DNA from: Lingula anatina
Lineage: Eukaryota > Animalia > Brachiopoda
Reading direction: 5' to 3'
NCBI GenBank assembly: GCA_051362555.1
Contig: CM120641.1
Span: 43,902,401-43,966,400 of the forward strand
Length of the DNA stretch: 64,000 bases
Each line of letters starts with the position of its first letter. Positions within the stretch are counted from its first letter, which is position 1. Positions 13,047 to 24,889 of this stretch are shown here, piece after piece. The notes beneath the pieces were generated by a model, which saw only the letters and a program-made list of their open reading frames with translations, was not told the DNA's origin and made no database searches. Both the position numbers and the translations under genes were made by a program.

Positions 13047-14155
13047 GAATTCATTCTAAGTTCGCGTACTTCAGTTTAGTGTCTGTTATAGCCATCAAGT
13101 TAACCTCGACCGGTAAACCGCTGTAAGAGGGTTCACCTATCACAGGAAAAAGCTCTTTTCCTATGTTATTTTATCCAGCTAACGGAAAAATAAGCAGGTA
13201 AAATTGAACCTACACACGTCACTGGTGAAACATAAGAAAACTAAGGAAGACTGGAAAAGATGTTGCGGTAGCACGGAAATAGCTCCTTGGTGCCTTAAAA
13301 TACACCTCAGTTGCTCCGGTCGTCCACTTAAACGTGAACGGCATGATGGAATTGTATTAACAGATAACTCCTTTTTTAATGATGACTTGTAAACGTGTCT
13401 CTTCTACTTCTTCTTTTTCTCTTTCCCTTCTACTTCTTCTTCTTCTCCCTCTCGCTACGCCTTGCCAGTGTTAAGACTTCCATTTTTTAATCTTTTTTAT
13501 ATTTATTTAAAAATTTTATTCATTCATTCCTTTATTCATTCATTCGTTCCTTCGTTTTTCTTCTTTCCTATTTGTGTCTTTGATCCACTGGAAACACAGA
13601 GCTTAATTCGTGATAAACTGATAAGAAAAAAAAACGACCGAGGAAAAAAAACTCCATGCAGGGGACCACGGCATCTAACCGCAGCATTAGTTTCGACATA
13701 TTTTCCGAATTTTAATCAGTGAAACATATGCTACGCGAAATGCTTGGAGCATTTTTTTCCAGTGTGCTCTTGCATTTCCCTCAATGGCATAGAAAGAAGA
13801 CAAATTTCTAATTACTCATGATCGAAACCGAAAAAATAGATAGATCTAACATAACACACTCTTAGAAACACTTCATATTAAAAAACTGCTTTCATTTTTA
13901 AAAGGCATATATGGAATCATCGTATTTAGGATGGACTGAGGTTCTATCGAGTTTACTTTTTGGCACGGTCTTATTGGCACGCTTGGTTACCTAAACCGAC
14001 AACTCTGACGTGGTACCAATTCAAATCCAGTTGATCCTTACACCGAGGTATCTGCCCCAGCTGTTACCTCCTTTACATATTAATAATGCGCCAGAGGACG
14101 TTTAGTGGTCAGGAGAAAGAGGGGACAGGAATTTTTATTTGACCCAGAGAGAGTT

Positions 14156-14162
14156 TATAAAA
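14156..14162 (+). promoter_or_regulatory. Putative TATA box of the VWC gene
   Basis: TATAAAA about 250 nt upstream of the ATG at 14406; a possible 55-nt 5'-UTR intron GTGAGA..TTTGTCAG lies at 14344-14398. Confidence 0.45.
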
Positions 14163-14405
14163 GCGAGATGCCGTAAACAGTTTTTCTCAGAGTTGTTGAA
14201 AACGTTGTCACGACTTCTGTATACACAAGTATTCGATCCTTACGATATACGCACTTACAAGAGCATCGGTGAGGCTCAGATTGAAGGTGGATGCAAAGAT
14301 ATTTGTTGGGTGCTTTCGTCATATAGACACAACACGGACTGAGGTGAGAAGACGCGCGTGGACACATATTATTGTTGTTGTTTTATTTGTTTTGTCAGTG
14401 GTAAC

Positions 14406-17400
14406 ATGGCAACACGGTCATTAGTGAAATCAACACTTCTGGCGATTCTGTTTGTTTTGGTTACGAGCCCGCAGTTGTATTACTGCAAGCCGACAACGAT
14501 GTTCGATAAAAAACTTAACAAAGACGCAGATTTGGAAAACTCGCCAAAGAGATTTCTCATACCCTCTGCGGCTAAGGGCTCGCAACAGCCACCGGAGACT
14601 TTGCAGTTGCTGCCGAAACTTAAATTCCGCGTTCCCCAGGAGAACGTCAGAGACTATCTTCCTCAATTACGTTTCAGCGTTCCTGGACAGCCGGGTTTTC
14701 TGGAGTTTGATCCACTGGAAGCTCTACGGGATCAGAAGGACTTCCAAGAAGCCGAGTACGTGTCACAACCCCAAGGAGATCAGCCCTACGTTAAACCTCC
14801 CGAGAAACATAAGCATCCCCATGCCGACCACCTGGCCCCGGAGGCCGAGCAAGCTAATAAGGTGTGCAAGTACGGGAATAAGACGTACACCCCCGGGGAG
14901 TTGTTCCAGGCCGACGCGTGCACCTCCTGCTACTGCCCACCCGGGGGTGGCACTCCCAAATGCGATAAGCGAGAGTGCCAGTGGGAACCTCACTGCCTTG
15001 AGTACGACAAGTCCGAAGATCAATGCTGCGGGGAGTGCATAGACTACGGTTGCCGCCACACGGACGGGAAGATCTACGTTCCCGGGGCTCGGATGCCCCA
15101 TCGCACGGCCTGTGAGGAGTGCTTCTGCGACATCCACGGCCGCCAGATGATATGTGAAAGCACTACTACCGTGTGTGAGAGACCGCGGTGTGTTGACCCC
15201 GTGCAGGGAGAGAATGATTGCTGCCCGGTATGCCCAAGAGGTAATTACTGCACGTCTTTAATTTTACATTTAATTGTATAATAGTATAACATAATTAAGC
15301 ATTTTATATATATGCACATATACTGCGGGCGGGGTGACCTAGCGTTGTTCTACCCCTTAGACAACTTGCAAAAGAATTAAATTGAGTTTTAGAGAAACTG
15401 TGTCAAACGTTTTCCTCCAAGTCTTGTTTACGGGTACTAACATACCGAATGCTATTTGCCTTGATGTAAAAAACACCAAAGTACAAGTAGCCCGGAATGT
15501 GAAGTATGTAGTAAGTAGACTTAGCACAGTAAAACGTGATCCCAGGTGAAATATTACTAAACGTTGACTTTGGGGGCACAGGCCGGGGAAGTGGTATACC
15601 GGACATGTGCGTTTCGACAAACAGGGTGGTGGCTTTATTGTGGTCAGTTAGTTAATGTCCACAGCAACGCCATGCTCATTTCTTAGCATTTAAACTGACA
15701 AGGACTATTACTGGTGTTGATATTTCTATAAAATCTGCCCAAGATGTATCATGTCACAATAAGAGCTAAAGATGTTTAACTAACTCAACTTTTGGACCTA
15801 GAAACGATTAGTTAGCGAAGCATTTTTTAAGAATTTTATGCACATTCTCTAAAGTGCATAATTTAGTTAATTTCAAAAACCTACCCGTGTTTCCTATAAT
15901 ATAACTACATTATTTATAACCATTGCACTAATGTCCACACTTGTTGATGCATGTGTTACAAAAGAACCATAAGTGAGATGTAATAGCATTTTCCATCCTC
16001 ACAAAACGTTGTTATCTCAAACATCAAACCAGAGGATTTTACAAAATACTTAATCCACTGGGAAAGTTCGTACTGCTTTTTTTCTGTTTGTTTTGAGAAA
16101 CGGTCAGTTGCAGTTTACTGACCTTTTGACATGAAAGACGGTATGACAAGAGTAGGTCAGGGGTGTCAGAGTACGCAGGGGATAAGTTGTAAACAAACGG
16201 CTGCTTACTATCTCAAGGCTGGTATCAAAATTTTTATCCATATTTTTCATTGTTTGCCAGTTGCCGTTTATGGCTTAGCATCTACGCTTCAAAATGTACA
16301 ACAATTAACGTGGGGTGCTTACTCACGATTCCAAATAAGGATTCTATGCTATGAAAAGTTCGAGGTAAATTCCTACAGTTACGTTTACCTTATTCAATAT
16401 GTTACGCACGATTCCAACATTTTGTACAGCATACCACCAAGCCCCTATCATCAATAGTAGGAACAAAGATCCAACTGTTAACATATCTTAGTTGGACTAA
16501 ATGTAAATAACGTGGGATTCTCTTAATGGTACCTACCAGCGATTCCAAAACCACATGAACTGTGTTTAAGCTGCCAGGTTTTAATTAAGACTAGGGGGTA
16601 ATGTAATCCAGTGGTATTCTTTTATGAGTTCTTTTCAGCCCTTCCTTGACATGCAACTGATACCGAAATGCCAAATATGTCTTTTCTTATTTTGCATATT
16701 TGTGCCGCTGTGAGTTTCTATTTATATAGGAGGCCGCTGCCAATCAAAATTGAATCTGACAGCTCGAGTTTTTGGCACGTGCTTGGCGCTCGTGGCAGTG
16801 CGTGTTTTGAACAACAAAGTTTAAGCAGGCTCCGTTGTAAGGCGAGAACTTCGCGGTGGCTACAGCTTTCCCCCCAGTTACTCCACCTCCCGTTTACTCA
16901 TTTTTTAACAAAATAACATTCCTGTCAATTTTCCAATCGTGGAAAACCATGTGAGCAACAGCTGACGACAATACATAACGTGCCAAACATTGGGTTCAAA
17001 CGCGCCGGCGAATTTGGAAAATATTTTCTTTAATTTATAGCCATTTTGGTTGATCTCCCCTAGGAAGGGGAAACAGGTTCACCGATTGTTGACAAGGCTG
17101 ACAAAAGCAACCTGAAGCATTAGTTTCACCAAGGTTAAGACGGGTAACTTAGTGTGATTGCACTGTGCCTATACTGGGCATAGCATCCCCCCCCCCCCCC
17201 CCTCTCCTGTATGTTTCTCTCAGTAGGCTACTTACAGAACTGAAAAGTTATTTCAGTAGCATATCAAGGCGGGATGATACAAAAATCCTATTGTTCTTGG
17301 AATTAAAAACCAGTTTCAACGAAAGAAAGTCCCACTTGCAGTTTCTTTTCAACTCGGGAATAATCTTTTGATTTGAACATGCTTTATATTTTGATGCATG

Positions 17401-17681
17401 CAACGGGAGTATTACTAATCTTCATATTGCTTTCAGTTACCTTGTATTGCTAAAAAGAATGCAATAAGACACCATTCTAAGCATCAAATCACTAGATATT
17501 CTTTAGACGGTTAATTGAATTCATAATCTAACAACGCGAGGTGATGTGTTGCTGTTAAAGAAATGCTAAAGTAGATAACATAATTGCATTTTAAATTACT
17601 ATTTTCGGTATTCAGTGTGTTACTGTATATATATATATATATGATAATTATTTGAAAGTTTTCTTTTTATATATATTTGCA

Positions 17682-17751
<70 letters not shown>

Positions 17752-18063
17752 CAATGTGACTTATGTTCATACCATATCTTTATTCCTTTTCCAGGTCCAA
17801 ACTGTTACCTTGGTAACGAAATTATCTCCTCTGAAATAGTTGTCCAGGTGGACGAATGCACCGCGTGCCGCTGCCCACGTGACCTCAACGAGTTTGAAAA
17901 GTACAGTGGCGGCAAAAACGAAATCCTTGCCATCTGCATGTACCGACCGTGCTCGCCGTGCCCAAAAGGAACAGCCCCGAAAATGATCAAAGGCAAATGC
18001 TGCCCCATCTGCGAACCAATTTTTGACAACTCTGTACGAACTATGCCGGAGGTACTGACCTAG
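14406..18063 (+). CDS. Secreted von Willebrand factor type C (chordin-like CR) domain protein, VWC2/Brorin-like, ~367 aa, three VWC repeats
   Basis: Exons 14406-15240 and 17795-18063 (GT-AG, phase 1; 1104 nt). Signal peptide MATRSLVKSTLLAILFVLVT; three CxxCxC...CCxxC modules; the junction CCPVCPRGPNC resembles VWC2. Confidence 0.88.
17686..17748. repeat. (TA)n microsatellite just upstream of the VWC exon-2 acceptor
   Basis: Direct reading. Confidence 0.95.
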
Positions 18064-18653
18064 AAAATAAAGAGCGACTCTTTAAGTAGCCGTTGGCGTC
18101 TTTTCAGATCAAATTTGACGCAGATGATCTCAATATTTCTAAACCGCAGATGGCTACGACCGAGGAAAGTTGTAACCACTGGCTGAGAAATTATTCCATA
18201 CAGACAATAGTTGTGTGCACTTGCTTCTTTTCATGAGCTGTTTCTTGCTTTAAGGAAGGGCCAAGGGAATAAGAGCAATACTCTTGTCAAAACAGCGAAA
18301 AACTTCTTTTCTACTAATAGTATCTTGCAGCACCCTGTGTCGCCTTGACTCACGGATAAATGTGTTTTCGGAGACGCCTGGGCTCCTCAAAGATTTAACA
18401 CAGAACACGTTGTTTGGTTCTAGAGTGAACCAGCAAAGTCCCTCACCTACATATAAAACTATTTAAGACATTGTGAGGATTTTGAGACACAGCTTACCGA
18501 AAAGCGAATGGCTTTATTTGTTATCTGTGATATTGCAATATATTGCACTGTGATTATTGGATATTATCTCTTAAAATGAAGATGATTTTTATGTTGTACA
18601 TGCAGAGTTGAGAGTTGTTTGAGAAAAATGGAAAAGATTATTGTTGGTTCTGG

Positions 18654-18692
<39 letters not shown>

Positions 18693-20606
18693 TTATTATC
18701 ATTATTTTTATGTATCAAAACCAAGCTGCTACATGTATTTGGAGAACACATTTGAATAATTCACGTTAAGAAACAATCAATTTATGAACAAGGGTAAATA
18801 AATATAGTTAGTATACCCGTGATTTATATGCGATTAATGGTGATAGGTTCCGAAAAACTCTGAGATCAGGGTGAATTCTATTTTTCTTGAACTAAGTATA
18901 CTGCACATTTTGACGCTGCTCCCTTTGTTTAGCGAGCTAAGATATTTGAGTCACAGTTTTTCTTTTGTAAATAATAAAGTTTATTGAATCTTTTTAAAAG
19001 GGCGTAATTCTGGTTTTATTTGAACTTTGAAGAAAATAAATGATTCGTAGAAAATATGGCCATATCAAGAATGTCTAAAAATGAAGTTTTTTCCGGGTTG
19101 TTAGATTTTTATAGCACATACCGCTACGTTGTCGTTGCGCTAAATCGTATCACCTTTGGATATTTCTAGTTGAAATTTATAACTGACTACGATGCTTCAG
19201 TCACGTTCACAAATTTGCAAAAAGAAAATTATTCCTAATTACCCAGAATACAAGACAGAGATCATCCAGTGTATTGAAACCAATATGAACATTTAATTGA
19301 CATCTGCCAGATTCGAGAGCATTTTAAATCGCCAAATTCCAGTAACCAAATTCCTCAAATTCCAGTGACCGAAATGATTTGACGCTTCACACTTTCGTGT
19401 ATGTAGAAAAATGAAATAAATGAATGAATAAACAAATGGATTTGGCATCTCGCGATGTATGAAATGTCAGACAGGGTCCATTCTGCGAAGGAGTCTCGTT
19501 TTTGGCGTATTCACTATTTAGTAGTGTTAGATGTAGGATTGAGTTCTTTATTGGGCCTTTTTTCTCACAAAACCCTAACAATTTCCACTAATGTCACCCG
19601 TTCTCTTCACCTTTGGCACAAATAACAAAAATTTTAGCAATGGAAATTGGAATGAATGTTGCAAATTGGGGATTATATCATTTGCGTTCCAGCGAGCGAC
19701 ATTAGCGAACATTACACTTGCACAACTTAACGAAAGGTTAATTGATATTGGGGCTACGGTGATGTGTACTTCGAAGAATATTCCAGTTTGTGGTGTAATA
19801 ACATTACAAACTACACTGTTTACCATTTTTGAAGCAGTGGTGCGTATTTTATTCGAAAAAAACGGGGTTTCTTCAGTAGTAGACATGCTATCACGTCCAC
19901 AGTCACAGTTCAAGAATCGAGCAGCGTTTTGAGAATTATAATGCTTTAACAGTTTTCGGACAAACAGAGCACAAGGTGTCTAGTCCTTTAAATGTATTAT
20001 TTGTCTCCATAACAAAAAAGTGCACTGAACCTACTATATTTTTGGTGTCATCGAAACATTTTAGGCCTATAGCATCTTTAACTGACACATCAGTTTTATG
20101 GTTCCTTTACAAAACACTCTATATGTCGCAGAAGGAAGAATGCATGTATGCTAGTACTTGTATGCCCTATATTCTTTACGAACCTGTGATGAAACGAGGG
20201 AGAAGTATGAACAGGCTTACAGCTCACAATATTAACCATTAATTAAGTACTAGCTATTTTAACCTTTTAAAAAAGGCCACAGAAAACTTTTTCAAATTAA
20301 CTTGTGCTCAGTGCAACATGATTCGTGAAATAAGCAGTAGACAAAAGAAATGAAGATGGCTTAGCATAAACAAGTTCTAATGCACGTTAATGTATACGGG
20401 GACTGTGTAGAAGAACGCCCCCATTATTGCTTCAATGCCATGACAAGCTTAAACCAAACACTGGTCTATGTGAAAAACCCATGTGTCGATGTCGTGATCA
20501 ATATATATATTAGTACGTATACATAGTAAAACCTTATTCCGAGGACAATATCGTTTTGCTGTCATATCCAGCCTTCCACAGTATAATTTGGGGCTTCATA
20601 CTCGCC

Positions 20607-21199
20607 ATGCAGCTCTCCGTCGGTCTGTTGCTGATGGTTCTTTTAGTTGCTTCTTTAGGTACGTGCATTGTGCTATAGATTACCATCTATTTGATCTCTC
20701 TCTCTCTCTCTCTCTCTCAAATATTCTAATAATTTTGATTTACGTTTCCGTTAATCTTATTTTGATTATTAGGCCTATCTTTCATTTTGTTTTGCCTTAC
20801 TCATTTATTTATTTTAATTCATTCCATTTATTTTTACTGGTAATTGTTATTATCGTTATTGTTATTTATTTATAAGGTTTAGTATATGTTCTAATCGTCA
20901 AATATCAGAATAAGAATAATGTAAATGTTCTGTGCGAATGAATGTATCTGCTTGGAATGTGGTAGCAGATCCAAGGATAATTTTCACTAGTTGGCATTTC
21001 ACCAACTGAATGAAACAAACGTAGAACGTAGAACTTTTTTCGAAACTTAGAAGGAACTCCGATGCGAAGGCGACTGGACCAGTTTAGCAAAATGATATCG
21101 CATGAGACGGGCCGTTCCTCTCTTGACTACAGTAGCTATGGCAACTGGTGTGGACTTGGGGGAAGTGGGGATCCAGTGGACCCAACAGACGCGTAGGTA

Positions 21200-21237
<38 letters not shown>

Positions 21238-21975
21238 TTGTGTATGTGTATGCGTGCGTGGGTGTTAGTCCAGTATACATAAAACATATCAGTACACACG
21301 AATGGTACACTAGTGTTAACTGTTATACGTGTAGAGAATATGGCTTTTTGTAACTTAAAATCCACCAGCACACTCACAGGTCAGTATGTTCGTTAAAGAA
21401 AATTTTATGTACGTAGAAATACAAGAACAATTCTCGGAATTCTCGCTGCACAGATGCCAGATTTTCAAGTGAATTCTGCTTTGTTAAGTCGGAGTTTCAG
21501 AGCCGACGTTTATAACCAGCTTCTGCATTGTCGAATTTACAAACATGCCCGTGTGTAAGGTACTTCTAGGATAGAAGATATATTTTGGGTCCTAGGGTAC
21601 ATGTAGTTTGATAATGTGGCACACACTGGATCATAAAAATGTTAACGCATAACAAAATTTAGCAGTGACTCATCTATTAAAACATAGATAATTCATAATT
21701 TCCGTATAAACTCACTGTGCTTGTCTTAGTTTATTTTATTAAACCAAAATATCTCCTGACCTTTGTCATTGTCCAGGTGTTGTAAAATACACGATCGCTG
21801 CTACTACAACGCCAACCGTGCCGAGTGCAGCGCTTGGGTGAAAACAAAACCATATCTCAACAAGTATCAGTGGGAACTGGGGGCAGGCGGCATCGTTTGT
21901 TGTAAGTAGTGGTTAATGCAATTTTTTGGGATTAAATGTGTTTTTAATATATGCGTGTTTATGTGTGTGTTTGTG

Positions 21976-22011
<36 letters not shown>

Positions 22012-22301
22012 GATCTTTTTACAACAGATAATGATGCGCATTTGATATACCTTGAAATGTTCGAGATTCGTTTGACGGGATCAATCGCCCTCTTGCCTAC
22101 ATTTTTTTTCTAATGTATTGTTGTTATGCTAAGCTTATTGAGTTTAAAACGACAATTCTCATTGCAGTGGACACCCCGGCGACCTCCTGCATGCGGGTAG
22201 TGTGTGAGTGTGACAAGGCGGCCGCGGAGTGTTTTGGTAGACACGTGGCCACATACTCGAAGACGAACCAAGGGCTCTTGAGTAGCCTTTTTGGAAAATG
22301 A
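20607..22301 (+). CDS. Secreted phospholipase A2 (group I/II-like fold), paralogue 1, ~150 aa
   Basis: Exons 20607-20658, 21051-21192, 21777-21901, 22168-22301 (453 nt, GT-AG). Signal MQLSVGLLLMVLLVASL, RRR-LDQF, Ca loop YGNWCGLGG, DPTDACCKIHDRCYY, CECDKAAAECF; AATAAA at 22391. Confidence 0.93.
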
Positions 22302-23009
22302 AAATGATCCCAGCCTTTTGCAGGTGATAGACTTTTAAATTGAAACTGAACTCTGTGATATTTAGAATGCTGTCAGTTTGGATAATGCATAATAAATAAA
22401 TCTGTCAGGTACTCCTGCAAGTATGATTTTTTTCTTGATAGCGACATCAAAAACTTTCAAAAGCAAATATTCCATGAGGATGAAATCTGAATTGCACGAT
22501 TTGCAGTGAATATGAAGATACGTTATAATAAAGGTGAAAGTAAAAAAAAAATTATACTCCTCTAAATTCGATTTTTAAGCGCATAATGATGAACTTTTTA
22601 AAAAGTTTATTCTCAAAAAACGTCAGAAAAACAAATAGGCCTATAAAACGCTGGCCTTGAACTACGCAAAGAACCCGACTAATAGAAGGTCATTCTATAG
22701 AATACATTGAAAAGGTCGTCACGACTTTTCTTACCTCATTCTCTGAGAACCGCCAGATGTCTGTACCTCAGCAGTGCAGTTATCTGCAGGTGCGTTCAAA
22801 ATAGAGTAATTTCAGATTGAAGGTCGCCATCAGAAGACCGGATTCTGCAGGCGCAATTGACAATTTCTGTAGCCTGATGATCTGACGACGCGAGGTGGAC
22901 CGATTTCTCGTCTTAAATAATTTGAAAGAGAGCGCTGCTTGTCGCGTGGGCGAGGTTAGCAGGGATGGTTTCACGAGCAGAGTTCATTACAGGGTCAGTA
23001 TTCACAAGC

Positions 23010-24651
23010 ATGCAGGCCAACAGATTAGGGCTAGTTTTTCTCGTCGTCCTAGGCAGCTGTAAGTACATGTATAGGTGGCTTTTTAAAAAAGATAAGAAAT
23101 GGATTTGCTGAATTCAAGGGTGAGTATGATTTAGGAAAGGGGGGGGTGCGTGAAAGGGGTATTTTCTTCATTTTTTCTCACAGTGCTCTTATAATACATA
23201 TTTAGCATAAGTTTGCCTTTTTCTTATTAGGCAATATGTTACCGTATTCTTGCTATACATCACTGCCTTTCAGTTAACATTTATATACTTTTTTATTGTA
23301 TGTAGAAATAAGATGCATGTAATTGAAAAATGACATGTATCTTATTTCTACATGCAATTTTTTATTTTGTAATGTTTTACGCTTGTGTTTTATTAATATT
23401 GAAAAATATCAATTTGTTTATTTTATCCTTTCTTAAAGCAGCTTTGGCGCTTCCTGCAAACCGCCTACACAAGCGCCGCCTGGACGAGTTCGGAGTGATG
23501 ATTACGCTATTGACCGGTAGAGGCGCTCTTGACTACGACGAGTACGGGAATTGGTGTGGGCCTGGTGGAGATGGAGAGACTGTGGACGACATAGACGAGT
23601 ATGGCCGATTCATTTATATGCATGTTTTATCTTATTTTAAACAGCGAGTTCTTATTTCCATCCAACCCGCAGTTTTTTCATAATTAATCGATTTTGATGC
23701 AGAAATATATTTTATTCACGTTCAGAATGAGCCCAGGTCAATCTTCTGTGCAGTCATCTGTTAATGTTTTTAAAATTAACAGAAACGCCCAAAAATGAAC
23801 AATTACCATACTGTCTTATAAACGTTTAACTAAACCCTTGTGCCTATTGTAGCTATTGCTGTTTGTAAGAATAGCCACCGGTCTAGCAGTTCACAACTGA
23901 CTGATAGATTTAACTTCTACTTTTTTTTTTCAAAGTTATCTGTCTGAACGAATTGTTATCTGTCTGAACTACATGTACTCGTCCGAGTAACAAGTGGGCT
24001 TAAAAACTGATTAAAAAGAATTATATTATTCTTTCACCCAATTTGCGGTGACATCTTTTATGACAGGTGCTGCAAGTCACATGACAATTGTTACGAGCGC
24101 ATCGGTCACAACGAGTGTCACATGCGTTTTGTACCCGAGGACTTCCGTACCTACCTGACGCATTACGGCTACAAAGTAGGCAGCAGCAACTCCATTATAT
24201 GCAGTAAGCGCATACCTTCTTTATACTACTTCATTCTTCTCCAAAAGCTGAAACTTTTTCTCTCTACACTTTAACTACAACAACGATTTAATCCACATGT
24301 ATGGTATTTATATAAATTTTGTCTTATTGACATTTTTGCAACAACGATTTGGTCTATACATTTAATTCTCAAATGAAAGATGATTTTATTTATAATGGGC
24401 AGTCCCATGCTTATCCCAAAATGTGGTCACATGCAACAGTGATAAAACATCTATGTTGATAAATAAGGTCTAATTTCAACCTGGCAGGTGTAAAGATATA
24501 CATATAAATTATAGGTGCATTGTTTTAAAACGACGAAGAATATATAGAAATGAGTGCAAAGCATGATGGGCCGAGTTATTTTTCTATTCATTAAATTATA
24601 TGCCCAACTTTGAGATCGTCTGTAGTCGTAGTTGTTGCAATGGTATTAGCT

Positions 24652-24693
<42 letters not shown>

Positions 24694-24889
24694 ATAGTAA
24701 TACATACGTAGTAGTATTAACTTCTATTTATTTATTCATTAATTTTCTCACATTCCAGCGGATGACCCTGTGAAGAACGCCTGTAAGCGTAGTCTGTGTG
24801 AGTGCGACAGAGAAGGCGCAATGTGCTTTGCTCGCTTCAAGGATGCGTACAACAGCGACAATCGTAAAGACAGCCTGATAGGAAAGTGA
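23010..24889 (+). CDS. Secreted phospholipase A2, paralogue 2, ~157 aa
   Basis: Exons 23010-23058, 23442 (or 23439)-23598, 24067-24203, 24759-24889. KRR-LDEF, YGNWCGPGG, DDIDECCKSHDNCY, CECDREGAMCF; intron positions and phases match paralogue 1. Confidence 0.93.
24652..24700. repeat. (TAG)n microsatellite in PLA2-2 intron 3
   Basis: Direct reading. Confidence 0.9.

Noticed and set aside
14452-15137. Overlapping 196-aa (+) and 124-aa (-) ORFs
   Set aside because: Alternative-frame shadows of the GC-rich VWC exon.
18830-20245. Possible old DNA transposon (TTAA-bounded, weak subterminal similarity) with the ORF pair 19575-19932
   Set aside because: Termini could not be paired convincingly and there are no transposase motifs.
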